A DNA stretch of 64,000 bases, from contig JANXEW010000004.1 of NCBI GenBank assembly GCA_025057995.1, positions 24,801-88,800 of the forward strand, written 5' to 3'. The DNA comes from Thermofilaceae archaeon. GTDB taxonomy: Archaea > Thermoproteota > Thermoprotei > Thermofilales > Thermofilaceae. This document shows positions 27,137 to 37,123 of this stretch, in pieces (position 1 is the stretch's first letter; each line of letters starts with the position of its first letter). The notes below the pieces were generated by a model that was not told the DNA's origin, searched no databases, and saw only the letters and a program-made list of their open reading frames with translations. The translations under genes and the position numbers were made by a program.

Positions 27137-28376
27137 TCATAGAAGCTTCACACCTGGTTTTAATAACTGTTCCAGCACGTTAGAGGCGTTTATTACCGTC
27201 TCTACGCTCACTTCGATCCGCTCTCTGATCCACGTGACAAGTTCCTTTGCATTAACTAAGTACACAGGGTTAGATGACAAGGCTGAGCGCACACTTTCGC
27301 GGATCTGCCAAAACCCTACAGGAGCGTAGTATCGGGGCGTAACCTCCCTTATCGCCACCACTGTAGCGCACCTCCCAATCCTGCTTAAATACTCCAATAC
27401 AGGCAGTCTTATCGCGTAATAGCCACCGCCAGCCTCAGGGTAGCGTGCCTTCCCCTCCCACAGCTCATAGTTCACAGTTAGATAGGGTTCAGCTGCATTA
27501 ACCCAGACGCTACCGGGTAACCATATTTCGATAACCTCGAAAGCCCAAGAACCTGGCGCTAGAATTAGGATATACCGGTTACCTATATACTCAACATAGT
27601 GAACCTGTAGCTGCTGTATCTCAGATGCATGCTTCACTTTACGCAGTTGGCGGTCACCGAGAAGTTTATCAACAGCTGTGATAGCCCACCGGGTCGGAAC
27701 AATTTTCCTACTATTACGTTTACCCAACATACCTAGGCTCAGAAGCCGCGTAATGTAGTAGTTGTCTAAACCCAGGCTGTAAAGCTCCCAGATCGCGTCT
27801 CCAGCCTTGATATCTAGGTCTTCTACGACCTGGTCGACGCGCTTAGGGATAACTGGGTTCGTATATAGATTAAGGGACTCTAACCTTCCGCTAAGCCCTA
27901 CGGGCGCGACAAGCCCGTCGAAGGTCAACTGAAGACTCGGCGGTTTCTCAAACCTGAACTCAGCGTCCACCGGCTTTATCGAGAGAGCTGCTCCCTTCGT
28001 CGCCTCAAGTAACTTGCCACCCTCTCTCCTAGCCTCCTTGACATTTACAGAGAAACGGGAGTACACCGTGGAGGCCCTTAAGGAGATTATCTCCTCTAGG
28101 CTCAGCCTTCCCCACCAGCTTCTGTAATCTTCGTAACGGGAGGCAGACTCCCCCGGCCTCAGGCGCCGCGATAGGACCTAAACCGACTGTAGGGTAGCCG
28201 TGCTCGCCGACGAGTACTGAAGGGGGAGTCGCAGTTTGAATCTCCCTTTTCCCAAGCCTTGACGAAACTTTCGCAGAATCCATGAAACGCTTCAAGATTG
28301 GACACACCGGTCTACCACATAGCTTCCCCACTCCTTTACACTTTGCACAACGCATTCTATCGCTCCGTAGGGGCAA
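27137..28376 (-). pseudogene. nre: Nre-family DNA repair protein split by a frameshift (real or sequencing error)
   Basis: N-part 28376-28150: CAKCKG..LCGRPVCP, PPSVLVGEHGYP; C-part: RKIVPTRWAITAVD, GGGYYAIRLPVLEYL, YYAPVGFWQIRESVR. Deleting one base from the C5 run at 28150-28154 joins the two frames. Confidence 0.8.
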
Positions 28377-28431
28377 GACGATCGATTCAGTTAGGGGGTA
28401 AAGTATTTGAACTATTGCTCAAAGGTTAGAC

Positions 28432-28821
28432 GTGGATACAGTAGGATACCACTACGTGGTAGAAGCATCAGGCTGCGACCCTGAGCTCTTAGCGGACGTA
28501 AACAAGCTTAAGGAGCTGTTGATCAAAGCCGCTAAAACCGCTGGCATGGATATTAAAGGCAGCTACTTCTTCAAGTTTACACCAACTGGTGTTAGCGGAA
28601 CCCTGATCGTAGCTATGTCGCATGTTTCTATACATACGTGGCCGGAGCACGGTTACGCTGCAGTTGACGTATACGTGTGTGGAACCGCTTCAGACCCCGA
28701 GAAAGCCGTCAACGAGATACTCGCTAGCCTAGAGGCAAAACACGCTCACATAACGGAGATACAGAGAGGAATAAAGGACAACGATGAATTTACACACGTA
28801 ATAGTAACCTGGGAGATCTAA
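28432..28821 (+). CDS. speD: Pyruvoyl-dependent S-adenosylmethionine decarboxylase proenzyme (class 1B)
   Basis: GYHY, F.PTGVSG, SHVSIHTWPEHGYAAVDVYVCG. Confidence 0.85.
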   Translation: MDTVGYHYVVEASGCDPELLADVNKLKELLIKAAKTAGMDIKGSYFFKFTPTGVSGTLIVAMSHVSIHTWPEHGYAAVDVYVCGTASDPEKAVNEILASLEAKHAHITEIQRGIKDNDEFTHVIVTWEI

Positions 28822-28865
28822 ACACCCTATATCTTTTACAACATAAAAATTACTTAGATTAATTC

Positions 28866-28922
28866 ACTTTTATAACCAAACCCATATTATTATAAAGACA
28901 AGAAATACTTTTATAACCAAAC
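28866..28922 (+). repeat. Perfect 16-bp direct repeat containing a TATA-like core
   Basis: ACTTTTATAACCAAAC at 28866-28881 and 28907-28922 in a very AT-rich intergenic region. Confidence 0.8.
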
Positions 28923-28961
28923 TCTAATGTGAAATATTAGCGATTGATCACGGGATTTAAT

Positions 28962-29327
28962 ATGGATAGGGGCGAGATATACGCCTGCGTTGAGAAAGTT
29001 CTCGAAGGGCAAGGCTTCGAGGTGTACAGAGATTCTATCGAGAGAGGGGTTAGCGGTCTTTCACACGGTTTCCATTTTGTAGCTAAGAAAGGGGTTTGCT
29101 CTCTTATAATAGAGCTTGTAGATACCCCTACCGATCTCTTACTTTCTTTAGCGAAAATTTACGACGTGAGAGGGTTTACCAGTATCCTCCTGGTCAAAGA
29201 GGAGGTACTTGCCACTCTCACGCCTTCGATACAAACGTTTGGTGTAAACAACATTATCTCCTTTAAGACGCTTGAGGAACTAGAGGTTAAGTTGAAGCGC
29301 GCGTTAGGAGCCCAGAATCTGACTTAG
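28962..29327 (+). CDS. Hypothetical protein, restriction-endonuclease-like (PD-(D/E)XK) fold, probably inactive
   Basis: LEGQGFEV...GVSGLSHGFHFVA...IIEL resembles Mrr-like domains but lacks the catalytic Asp/Lys; ATG at 28962. Confidence 0.5.
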   Translation: MDRGEIYACVEKVLEGQGFEVYRDSIERGVSGLSHGFHFVAKKGVCSLIIELVDTPTDLLLSLAKIYDVRGFTSILLVKEEVLATLTPSIQTFGVNNIISFKTLEELEVKLKRALGAQNLT

Positions 29328-29879
29328 TAGCATGGCGATACCCACGATGGTAAACAAGGCTCCGCTAGTCTTCCTCATCACAACCCTAGGTATAACCTTG
29401 CAAAGAAATGATCCCAGAGAAGTCGCTATACCCATTAACACTACTGCAGCCAAGACTAGCCCGGCGACTACTTCCAACAAAGCGCCCGTTGAAGCTGCTA
29501 TCGCTAAGGTTGCTAGGTTGGTTTTATCTCCAAGCTCAGCTAGAAACATGAGTGTGAAACCTCGCGCGAATCCACACTCGCCTGAACTCTCTTCAGATCT
29601 CTTGAGTAACGTGACCAAGCCTGCTACTAGGAACAACGCGCCAGCTACTGCTCCTATCAAGCGTTGAGGTATCAGCATCCTGAGAGCTTGACCCAAGGGT
29701 ATCGTCAAAAGGTTCGCGGTGATGAAGCCTAAAGTTGAGGAAGCGAAGGAAGTGAGGGATCTGCCTTGTGAAGCTAAGGCTACAGCAGCGAGTTGAGTCT
29801 TGTCTCCCAGCTCAGCTAGGAGCAGCGTAAGGGCCGTAATAGCGACTACTTCGAGACCCGGCACACGCCAGTTTCTCAC
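29304..29879 (-). CDS. TMEM165/GDT1 (UPF0016) Mn2+/Ca2+ transporter
   Basis: Two ELGDKT motifs in a hydrophobic internal repeat. Confidence 0.92.
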   Translation of the reverse strand: MRNWRVPGLEVVAITALTLLLAELGDKTQLAAVALASQGRSLTSFASSTLGFITANLLTIPLGQALRMLIPQRLIGAVAGALFLVAGLVTLLKRSEESSGECGFARGFTLMFLAELGDKTNLATLAIAASTGALLEVVAGLVLAAVVLMGIATSLGSFLCKVIPRVVMRKTSGALFTIVGIAMLLSQILGS

Positions 29880-29916
29880 GCTTCGCTTAAATACCTCATG
29901 TTAGAAAGTAGGCTTC

Positions 29917-30687
29917 GTGACGAAACCCAAGATCGCAGTTCAACTCTACTCGGTCAGGCAGGATTGTGCAAGGGATCTGCCCGGGACTTTGAAGGCCTTG
30001 GCTGAAATGGGTTACGAGGGAGTTGAGTTCGCTGGATACTACGGCAAGAGCGCGCATGAACTTCGCGGACTCCTCGAGAAGCTGGGGTTGGAAGCTGCTG
30101 GATCACATATAGGCGTCGACGCCTTAACTGAGAGCAACTTTTCTGAAACCGTGAGATTCAGTAAAGAGCTCGGTCTGAAGTACCTTATAGTCCCTTGGAT
30201 ACCTGAAAACATGCGTAACAGCCGGGAGGCTTGGCTTGAGACGGCCAGTTTCTTCAACTCGATAGCCGAGAAGCTTAAAGGAAAAGGGATTTTCACCGGT
30301 TACCATAACCATACGGAGGAGTTTAAACGCTTTGACGGAGAAACTGGATGGGAGTTATTCGCGAAAGCTACCGCGCCTGAGGTCGTGCTTCAGCTTGATG
30401 TAGGCAATGCTATGCATGGAGGAGTTTCGATGGAACAGGCTCTCAACTTCATTAGAAGCTTCCCCGGTCGATCGAAGACTGTTCATCTAAAGGAGTTCTC
30501 GCGGAGAGATCCTCAAGCGATCTTAGGCGAAGGAGAGGTGGAGTGGGTTGAACTCCTATCCACTTGTATGAAAGTGGGTGGCACGGAGTGGTTTATCGTG
30601 GAACAGGAATCCTACAAGTACCCGCCTTTAAAGTGTGTTGAACTCTGCCTCAAAAACCTTTTAAACATTCTAGAGACCGTGGCTTAA
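29917..30687 (+). CDS. Sugar phosphate isomerase/epimerase (xylose-isomerase-like TIM barrel)
   Basis: [35 protein letters not shown]. Confidence 0.88.
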   Translation: MTKPKIAVQLYSVRQDCARDLPGTLKALAEMGYEGVEFAGYYGKSAHELRGLLEKLGLEAAGSHIGVDALTESNFSETVRFSKELGLKYLIVPWIPENMRNSREAWLETASFFNSIAEKLKGKGIFTGYHNHTEEFKRFDGETGWELFAKATAPEVVLQLDVGNAMHGGVSMEQALNFIRSFPGRSKTVHLKEFSRRDPQAILGEGEVEWVELLSTCMKVGGTEWFIVEQESYKYPPLKCVELCLKNLLNILETVA

Positions 30688-30701
30688 ACGAGCTTAAGGT
30701 T

Positions 30702-30989
30702 ATGTCGAAAGAGGTTTTAGTTAGAGCCCACATTTTTGTCGAAGGGATGGTCCAAGGCGTGGGTTTTCGCTACTCGATGCAGAGGATAGCTAGAAGGCTT
30801 GGAGTTAAAGGTTGGGTAAAGAACCTTCGTGATGGACGCGTAGAAGCCGTGCTCGAGGGCCCCAGGGAAAGAGTTGAAGAACTCATTGAATGGGCTAAGC
30901 GCGGTCCCTCATGGGCTGTCGTGGATAGAGTTGAAGTGATTTGGGAAGAGTATACTGGAGAGTTCAGCGATTTCGAAATAAGGTTCTAA
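30702..30989 (+). CDS. acyP: Acylphosphatase
   Basis: [25 protein letters not shown]. Confidence 0.96.
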   Translation: MSKEVLVRAHIFVEGMVQGVGFRYSMQRIARRLGVKGWVKNLRDGRVEAVLEGPRERVEELIEWAKRGPSWAVVDRVEVIWEEYTGEFSDFEIRF

Positions 30990-31015
30990 CTAACTAAGGT
31001 CATCTAACCGGTGAT

Positions 31016-33088
31016 TTAAGACCCTCCGCCTTGACTAACGTCTGAGGAGGAACGTTGCCTACTAGCTCGAGCAGTCCTCCTAGCGTATAGGATGAAGAGC
31101 AGGGCTACAATAGCGCTTAGCGCTAACAACAGAAACAGGAATGTGGGGAACTGTCTCGAAATTACAACAGTAGCTGTCGCGTTGCTGGGCTTGTAGCCAG
31201 GTTTACCCTCGTAAATCGCCGTCACTACCCACAGCCCTTCTCGCAGCTCGAGTTCTCCCTCGAAAACTCCCCCCTCTCCTACTTCTATAGAACGTTGGAC
31301 AGCCACTTCCCCTGAGGTGGCTTTAAGGCGGATTATGCTGTTCTCAACCGGCGGACGGAGCACTCCCTCGACTATTGCAACATTGTCCTTAACGCTTACT
31401 TTAATGACAACTTCAGTTTCATACTCGACGAACACTTCAGCGGAAGCTGCTGTGCTTTCACATACCTCATTCCCCACCCAGTATGCTCTCACGAGGTAGG
31501 CTCCAGGCTCGTCTACTGGTAGAGATGTGTTGAACAACCCGTTCACCACTCCTATCGTCGACGTGTGAGAACCTGATGGTCTCGAGACCAGGAGAGTTAT
31601 GGACGTGTTTACCGGGTGCTCTAGTCCCCCCTTGACGTGTATTATGTTGCCAACCCGCTCTACGGTAAAGTTGAGCGTGCATGCCAGCTTCTCCACGTAT
31701 ATCGTGAACTCTCGGCTGCTTGGAGCGTACTGTGGAGAACCCTGGAATGTGACGTTGAACGACCATGCGCCAGCCTCATCAGGCGTCAGCTCCACCATCC
31801 AGCTCCCGTCCAAGTTGGTTTTTGCCTCTACGCTCACAAGCCTACCGCTCGGTTTCCTGACATGTAGGGTTACCGTGGCGTTTCCGACGCCAGGCTTTAG
31901 GACGCCTTCAATCTTAAGCTTCTGTAGAGCCTTCACCTTGCCAGGGTAGTAGACTTCGATACTCGTGTCCTTCACCCAAGGCAGAGGAAGAGGCTTGAGG
32001 AAGCTCTTCACCCGCGAAAGGCTGTCACCCTCCTTAACCACAGCGTACTCCCAGTAGTAGAAGAAGGGGGTGGACGCCGTCTCGCTGGCCCAGTTCCGGA
32101 ACTCGGCGATATAATCTTCATGGCAGATATTACTCACCCTCACTGTTACGATGGTCTGCCAAACCCAGCTCTCGGAAGTAGCCGAGGTCCTGATTGCGTC
32201 AAGCGGGTCGCCCGTGGACGCGTGAAAAGTTAAATCAACCGGTAGCCATCCCCAAGGCGGAATGTACACCTCCGCCCACGCGTGGCCGTAATCTACCCCG
32301 TAAAAGGCCGAGTAGTAGTGCGCCTCTGGAGCCCATATAACCCTCTCCTCCCCATAGTTGAAATCTGCAACTAGAGAGGTTTTCAAGTAGGCTGGAACTC
32401 CGAGGTAACGGAGCATGAGGATAAGTAGGTTAGCTTGATCATCGCAGTCGCCCTTCCCCCTACCTTCCACTAACTTCGCGGGGGGTAGAGTCTCGTGTGG
32501 ATAGCGGGGACCTTTACCCACCTCGTACTCAACTTTCCTCCAGATCAAATCGACCAGCTTAGCTACGATAGCTAGCACGCGGTCTTCATCCCCCACGGTC
32601 CTTGATGCCGCCTCAGCCAAGTGCTTCATCAAGGGGTGATCGTAACGCCAAGGTCCTGAGGGTAGTGTCAAGTCCACTAGCCCTGAGGGTACATCTGTCA
32701 ACCGCCCGGAGGCTTCGTAACTGAGCTTAGGTGCTTTAAACCTCACAACCTGTACGTAGGTAACCACTTCAACCTCAGCCGTCGACCTGGGAGGCAGTTG
32801 GACCGGGCAAGAAATTTCTAAGCTCTGGCTTAGGCAGTCTCCTCGGACCAGCTGGCTCCCGCATTCAACAGGTCTATCCTTGACTCGGACGGTGAAGTTG
32901 AGAAGCCGGGAGTGTTGGTATGTGTCGTTGAGGGGGAGGCTGATGAACAAGGGAGGAAGAGGGGCCGGGCTAGAGGAGTTGTTAGCTACCGTGAGCTTAA
33001 CCCAGATATACGCCCCAACATCATACGGCATCGCGCTAGTCAAAGCACATGCTAAGGCGGCTATAGCGAGAGAGTAAATGGGTTTCAC
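31016..33088 (-). CDS. Membrane-anchored transglutaminase-like protease with Ig-like repeats
   Basis: Signal peptide; Cys-His-Asp triad GDCDD / GHAWAEVY / WLPVD; three Ig-like repeats; C-terminal TM plus basic tail. Confidence 0.85.
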   Translation of the reverse strand: MKPIYSLAIAALACALTSAMPYDVGAYIWVKLTVANNSSSPAPLPPLFISLPLNDTYQHSRLLNFTVRVKDRPVECGSQLVRGDCLSQSLEISCPVQLPPRSTAEVEVVTYVQVVRFKAPKLSYEASGRLTDVPSGLVDLTLPSGPWRYDHPLMKHLAEAASRTVGDEDRVLAIVAKLVDLIWRKVEYEVGKGPRYPHETLPPAKLVEGRGKGDCDDQANLLILMLRYLGVPAYLKTSLVADFNYGEERVIWAPEAHYYSAFYGVDYGHAWAEVYIPPWGWLPVDLTFHASTGDPLDAIRTSATSESWVWQTIVTVRVSNICHEDYIAEFRNWASETASTPFFYYWEYAVVKEGDSLSRVKSFLKPLPLPWVKDTSIEVYYPGKVKALQKLKIEGVLKPGVGNATVTLHVRKPSGRLVSVEAKTNLDGSWMVELTPDEAGAWSFNVTFQGSPQYAPSSREFTIYVEKLACTLNFTVERVGNIIHVKGGLEHPVNTSITLLVSRPSGSHTSTIGVVNGLFNTSLPVDEPGAYLVRAYWVGNEVCESTAASAEVFVEYETEVVIKVSVKDNVAIVEGVLRPPVENSIIRLKATSGEVAVQRSIEVGEGGVFEGELELREGLWVVTAIYEGKPGYKPSNATATVVISRQFPTFLFLLLALSAIVALLFILYARRTARASRQRSSSDVSQGGGS

Positions 33089-33943
33089 GAGCCTCTCTCA
33101 ACCTGAACTTTCTTCTCTTTAAACGCTTCGCTTCCGTGTCAAGAGTCGAACAAGGAGGGCACTAGTCTCGACCAAACCCTACAACTCGAGGATTACAGGG
33201 GCGAACCTCACGCACACACTCGTAAGTCTTCCACTCTAAAGTTCTAAATGGTAGTTGAAATTTCCACCTGGCTTGGAAGCGTAGAGGTTCGTCAGCTTCT
33301 CTACGAAGCTCTCGAAGAGCTTGGGATCGGTTTAAGTTAATGGAACGTGCCACAGTGCATACGATCTAAACTCTCTGATAGGCTGTGCGGCTTTCACTGC
33401 TTCCCTTACACTGATCGTTTAGCGACCACCCGTTGTGAGAAACACTAAACGAGCTGGTAGAGTGCCGCGATAAAAGACATGTTTCTGAAAAGCCGTGTGT
33501 CACTATCACGGTATACTTGAGCTTCAATACCATGTATCGCTACGCCAACTGGTGTCCTGTAACGGCAGCTATGCAGAGATGGTTCTAGACGACCCTGAAA
33601 ATTTCACGGTCAGAGGGCCACTATAGTGCTCCAGCCTAAAGAGCAACCCAACCTTCCTCACTCGCTCAACAATTTCAAGAGTTCTAGTTACGATTGCACT
33701 CTTCACTGACGCTATCTCTATCGAGTTCTCAGACAGTCGCTGTGACCATGTCTGATAATTACGTCGCCGACCCCGGTTAGCCGTCAGGTTTGACAAGGCT
33801 CTGTGGTTGTCAAGCCATGAGCTCAGTAGAACTCTACGAGCTTTCCGTCGTAGCCCTTAGGGTTACATTAAAGGCTAAGTAGCTTAATGAGCTCTAACGA
33901 GGCGTCGACTTGACGCGGCTCCATTAGCAAACGATGTGTTTCC

Positions 33944-34906
33944 TCAGTATGGGTCATCGTAGTCGACTAAGTTAAACGGCTTCTCCCCCCTGAGGTAGCG
34001 TGAAACGTTTTCCGCTGCGAACTCGAGACATTTCCTCCTAGCTTCACGCGTCCAGCCAGCCTTGTGGGGAGTAGCTATAACGTTAGGAAGCTTATGTATC
34101 CCGAGCCTTGAGGGGGCGCTAGGGTCAGGCGGATACGACCACCAAACGTCTAGAGCTGCCCCTGCGATCCAACCTTGAGACAATGCCTTGTACAGTGACT
34201 CTTCATCCACAACCACCCCCCTTCCAACGTTGACGAGGAACGCTGTTGGTTTCATCGCCTTCAAAAGCCGCTCCTCGACCAGGCTCCGCGTCTCTCGCGT
34301 TAAAGGTAGCGTAACCACTAGGAAGTCCGCTTCCCCTACTAATGTCTCTAGTTTATCCAACTCTACAACCTGCTCGGCGTACTCATCAGGTTGGGCATGC
34401 TTTCTAACTCCAATAACGCGCATGCCCAGGCACTTACACATTCGAGCTAGTTCGCGACCTATGTTACCGTAGCCTAATATTACTACAAGCTTGCCCTCAA
34501 GATCATAAAGGTAGTTTTCAGGAGTCCATGGAACCCAGCCGCCGCTCTTCACGATGAAGTCCATTGAGACGACTCGTTTCGCGAGGGATAACATTAGGGC
34601 GAGCGCATGTTCGGCGACAACTCTCGCGTTACACCCTTTCCCTGATGCAAGGATAATCCCTTTGCTCCGGAGAAGCTCAAGGTTATAACCGTCTACACCA
34701 GCCCAGGGAGCTTGAACAAACTTTAGGTTGACAGCTTTCGCTATCGCATCGTCTGGCGGTAGCCCTACAGCGACCTCAGCGTCTCTCAACTCCTCTTCTA
34801 TGGTATCCCTACCCGCTGCCACTACCCTAGCCAAACCTTCGAGTTTTTCCTTGAATACCTTAAGCTCCCAGTCTGTAGCAGACCAGGCTACAACAACTTT
34901 CCGCAC
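33944..34906 (-). CDS. D-isomer-specific 2-hydroxyacid dehydrogenase
   Basis: AGVD, VAEHA, GYGNIG, LPLT.ET, NVGRG, LDVW, TPH. Confidence 0.93.
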   Translation of the reverse strand: MRKVVVAWSATDWELKVFKEKLEGLARVVAAGRDTIEEELRDAEVAVGLPPDDAIAKAVNLKFVQAPWAGVDGYNLELLRSKGIILASGKGCNARVVAEHALALMLSLAKRVVSMDFIVKSGGWVPWTPENYLYDLEGKLVVILGYGNIGRELARMCKCLGMRVIGVRKHAQPDEYAEQVVELDKLETLVGEADFLVVTLPLTRETRSLVEERLLKAMKPTAFLVNVGRGVVVDEESLYKALSQGWIAGAALDVWWSYPPDPSAPSRLGIHKLPNVIATPHKAGWTREARRKCLEFAAENVSRYLRGEKPFNLVDYDDPY

Positions 34907-34930
34907 GAGAAAGGCTATCCTGTAACTGTT

Positions 34931-35416
34931 TTAGTTTTTAGCGCGCCTATACCTCTCCTTGTAAAAGTTTAACGCCTCGGGGTGCCTTCTCAGAAACTCC
35001 CCCACCGCCTCCCTGCTAAGGGAGTCGGCCTTAGCGTTCAACTGTCTAGGAACCCACTCCAGAGTAACCTTGGGGAAAAGCTTGAGGAGTTCGGTAACCT
35101 TCTGATACAGGGGGGTTATGCGCTTACTCTTAACGGTGTATTCTCCCTTCAACTGCTTTAACACCAGTTGACTATCGCCTCTTACTACCAACTCATCTCC
35201 ACTTAACCCGTTTTCCACGAGCCACTCGAGAGCCTTAATGAGAGCGGTATACTCGGCCACGTTGTTAGTTACGTCATCGCCGAAGAAGCCTGCGCCTAAC
35301 ACGCCTCCTCTAGCTGAAAGCAGTTTTCCATCTCTGTAGATCACGAAGCCGTAGGCTGCGATCCCACCTGGGTTCACCGGCTCACATAGACCGTCAAAGT
35401 ATACTATAGTAACCAT
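34931..35416 (-). CDS. rnhA: Ribonuclease HI
   Basis: YFDG..P.NPG, TNNVAEY.AL, GDSQLV, WVPR..N..AD.L. Confidence 0.93.
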   Translation of the reverse strand: MVTIVYFDGLCEPVNPGGIAAYGFVIYRDGKLLSARGGVLGAGFFGDDVTNNVAEYTALIKALEWLVENGLSGDELVVRGDSQLVLKQLKGEYTVKSKRITPLYQKVTELLKLFPKVTLEWVPRQLNAKADSLSREAVGEFLRRHPEALNFYKERYRRAKN

Positions 35417-35754
35417 TTCCTCCCCCGCGAACGCTCCCTAAGCAGCTCGACGAGAGCTAAGAGAAGGCGGAGACTTTCTCTCTCACTCTCTAGCGTGGAC
35501 CTCAACTCTTCAAGTTCGTTAGCCAGACATATCACTTCAACACTAATCTCCTTCAAGTCTACTTGAGCGATCTTATAGAAATGCGGGTCAACTATGCGTA
35601 CATTCTCTAATAGGTTATATAGAGGTAGAAGTTTACCGTATACTCTTTCCAGTTTACTAAGTATTACAAGCGAACGCTGCTCCCTCTTTTCGAGATCTTT
35701 TAAAGCCAGCTTGAGTTTCTTTTCAAGCTTTTTAAGCTTCGACTGACTGGTCAC
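35404..35754 (-). CDS. Hypothetical coiled-coil protein
   Basis: 116-aa Leu/Glu/Lys-rich helical ORF overlapping the rnhA start. Confidence 0.55.
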   Translation of the reverse strand: MTSQSKLKKLEKKLKLALKDLEKREQRSLVILSKLERVYGKLLPLYNLLENVRIVDPHFYKIAQVDLKEISVEVICLANELEELRSTLESERESLRLLLALVELLRERSRGRKWLL

Positions 35755-36078
35755 TTCTTCGCTACGTCACACTCCCTTTCAAAAGTTTTGTCTCACTCCA
35801 CTCTTACCTTTTAACACTTCAGATATTCTCAATTGATGGTTTGATATAGATATAAAGAACTTGAATGTCGACATATCGTACCTTTCTTCATCTCATAACG
35901 TCATATGTTATGTGTCGAAGGAATTAAACGGTATCCGATGACAGTTTAACGATTTTAACCGGGTTTCGGAGTCACGAGTTCAACGGACGTTTTTCTGAAC
36001 GGTTTCATACGCTATCATCATAGATACTTGAACCTAAACACGACCGAGTTAAATCGAGCGCGTTTTAGCTTGCGCTGG

Positions 36079-36993
36079 CTACTCTAAGATTACCGCGTTG
36101 TCTATCTCGCCGTCTCCGTCTTCGTCGAGTCCTTCAACGACGTGAGCGTACGCTCCGCGATCGTGGGAGTTGGGTTCAGCTAGTTTCACGCCCTGCTTGT
36201 AGAGAGCCGAGAAAGCTGCTTTCGTGCCCGAGAGATGCACGCCAGCTATTAAAAGGAGTAAACCTTCGCCAAAGGGGTTTTCAACGAGTTCAATTACACC
36301 GCAGTTGTCGTCGCTGTACGTCTTCCCGCTACAGAGTGAAAACAGCGAGAACCCTTTTTCATGATCGAAGCGTATTGGGAGAAAGTCGTTCGCCCGTGCC
36401 GCAATCATGTTAGCTGCTGGACCCCCTATCACTATCAGGTTAGAGGAGGTGAGGTCGAGCCGCGGGTCTGTATCAAGAGTTACGGCTAGGCGGGCAGTTG
36501 AACCGTAGGCGACGCCTATGGAGTAAGCAAGGCTAACTCCCAGGTAATGGTCACGACCCCTGCCCCTAAATGGTCCGTGAGGTTCGGGACTCCCGAGGAC
36601 CATGACGACCGGTTTACCGTTTTGAAAAAGATGTTCGAGGAGAGGTGAAAGGGTTATAGTTTGACCCTCTTCTCTACGCTTGAACAGGACGACCGCGCCG
36701 TCTGCGATGGCCTTGTACCTAATAGCGATCGCTCCACGTCTACGAGAAGTTTCAGACTCTTGGATGAGCCCCACCTCCTTAAGTTTAGCAACATGGTAGT
36801 AGAGAAGTTGTTCATCTATCCCCAGTTCCCTCGCTAGATCCATTGAGTAGCGGGGCTCAGCCGAGATCAGGCTCATAATCTTTAACCGGATGGGGTGGGT
36901 TAGGGCTTTTAAAGACTCTGTGTCACAAAGTTCAATTACGTATCCTACCAATCTGCCGTTAGATGGGTTGGACACTGCTAGCCAGCCAGCCAT
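36079..36993 (-). CDS. ArsR-type HTH transcriptional regulator with an uncharacterised C-terminal alpha/beta domain
   Basis: KALTHPIRLKIM, DLARELG..EQLLYYHV.KL...GLI; C-terminal GSPEPHGP, NLIVIGGP.AN, IAGV..GT.AA. Confidence 0.8.
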   Translation of the reverse strand: MAGWLAVSNPSNGRLVGYVIELCDTESLKALTHPIRLKIMSLISAEPRYSMDLARELGIDEQLLYYHVAKLKEVGLIQESETSRRRGAIAIRYKAIADGAVVLFKRREEGQTITLSPLLEHLFQNGKPVVMVLGSPEPHGPFRGRGRDHYLGVSLAYSIGVAYGSTARLAVTLDTDPRLDLTSSNLIVIGGPAANMIAARANDFLPIRFDHEKGFSLFSLCSGKTYSDDNCGVIELVENPFGEGLLLLIAGVHLSGTKAAFSALYKQGVKLAEPNSHDRGAYAHVVEGLDEDGDGEIDNAVILE

Positions 36994-37123
36994 TGCTCTA
37001 AAGGATCTTTTAACGGTATAATTAACTTTATTTTAAAACCCTATGTGTAGTGTTTAAGAGCGAAACGATTGATCAGTTTTCTTTCCCAGGAAAGAATAAA
37101 ATAAAACGTGCTGTAGCCTTGCT

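Noticed and set aside
28029..28376. Independent 115-aa zinc-finger gene
   Set aside because: It is the N-terminal part of the frameshifted nre gene
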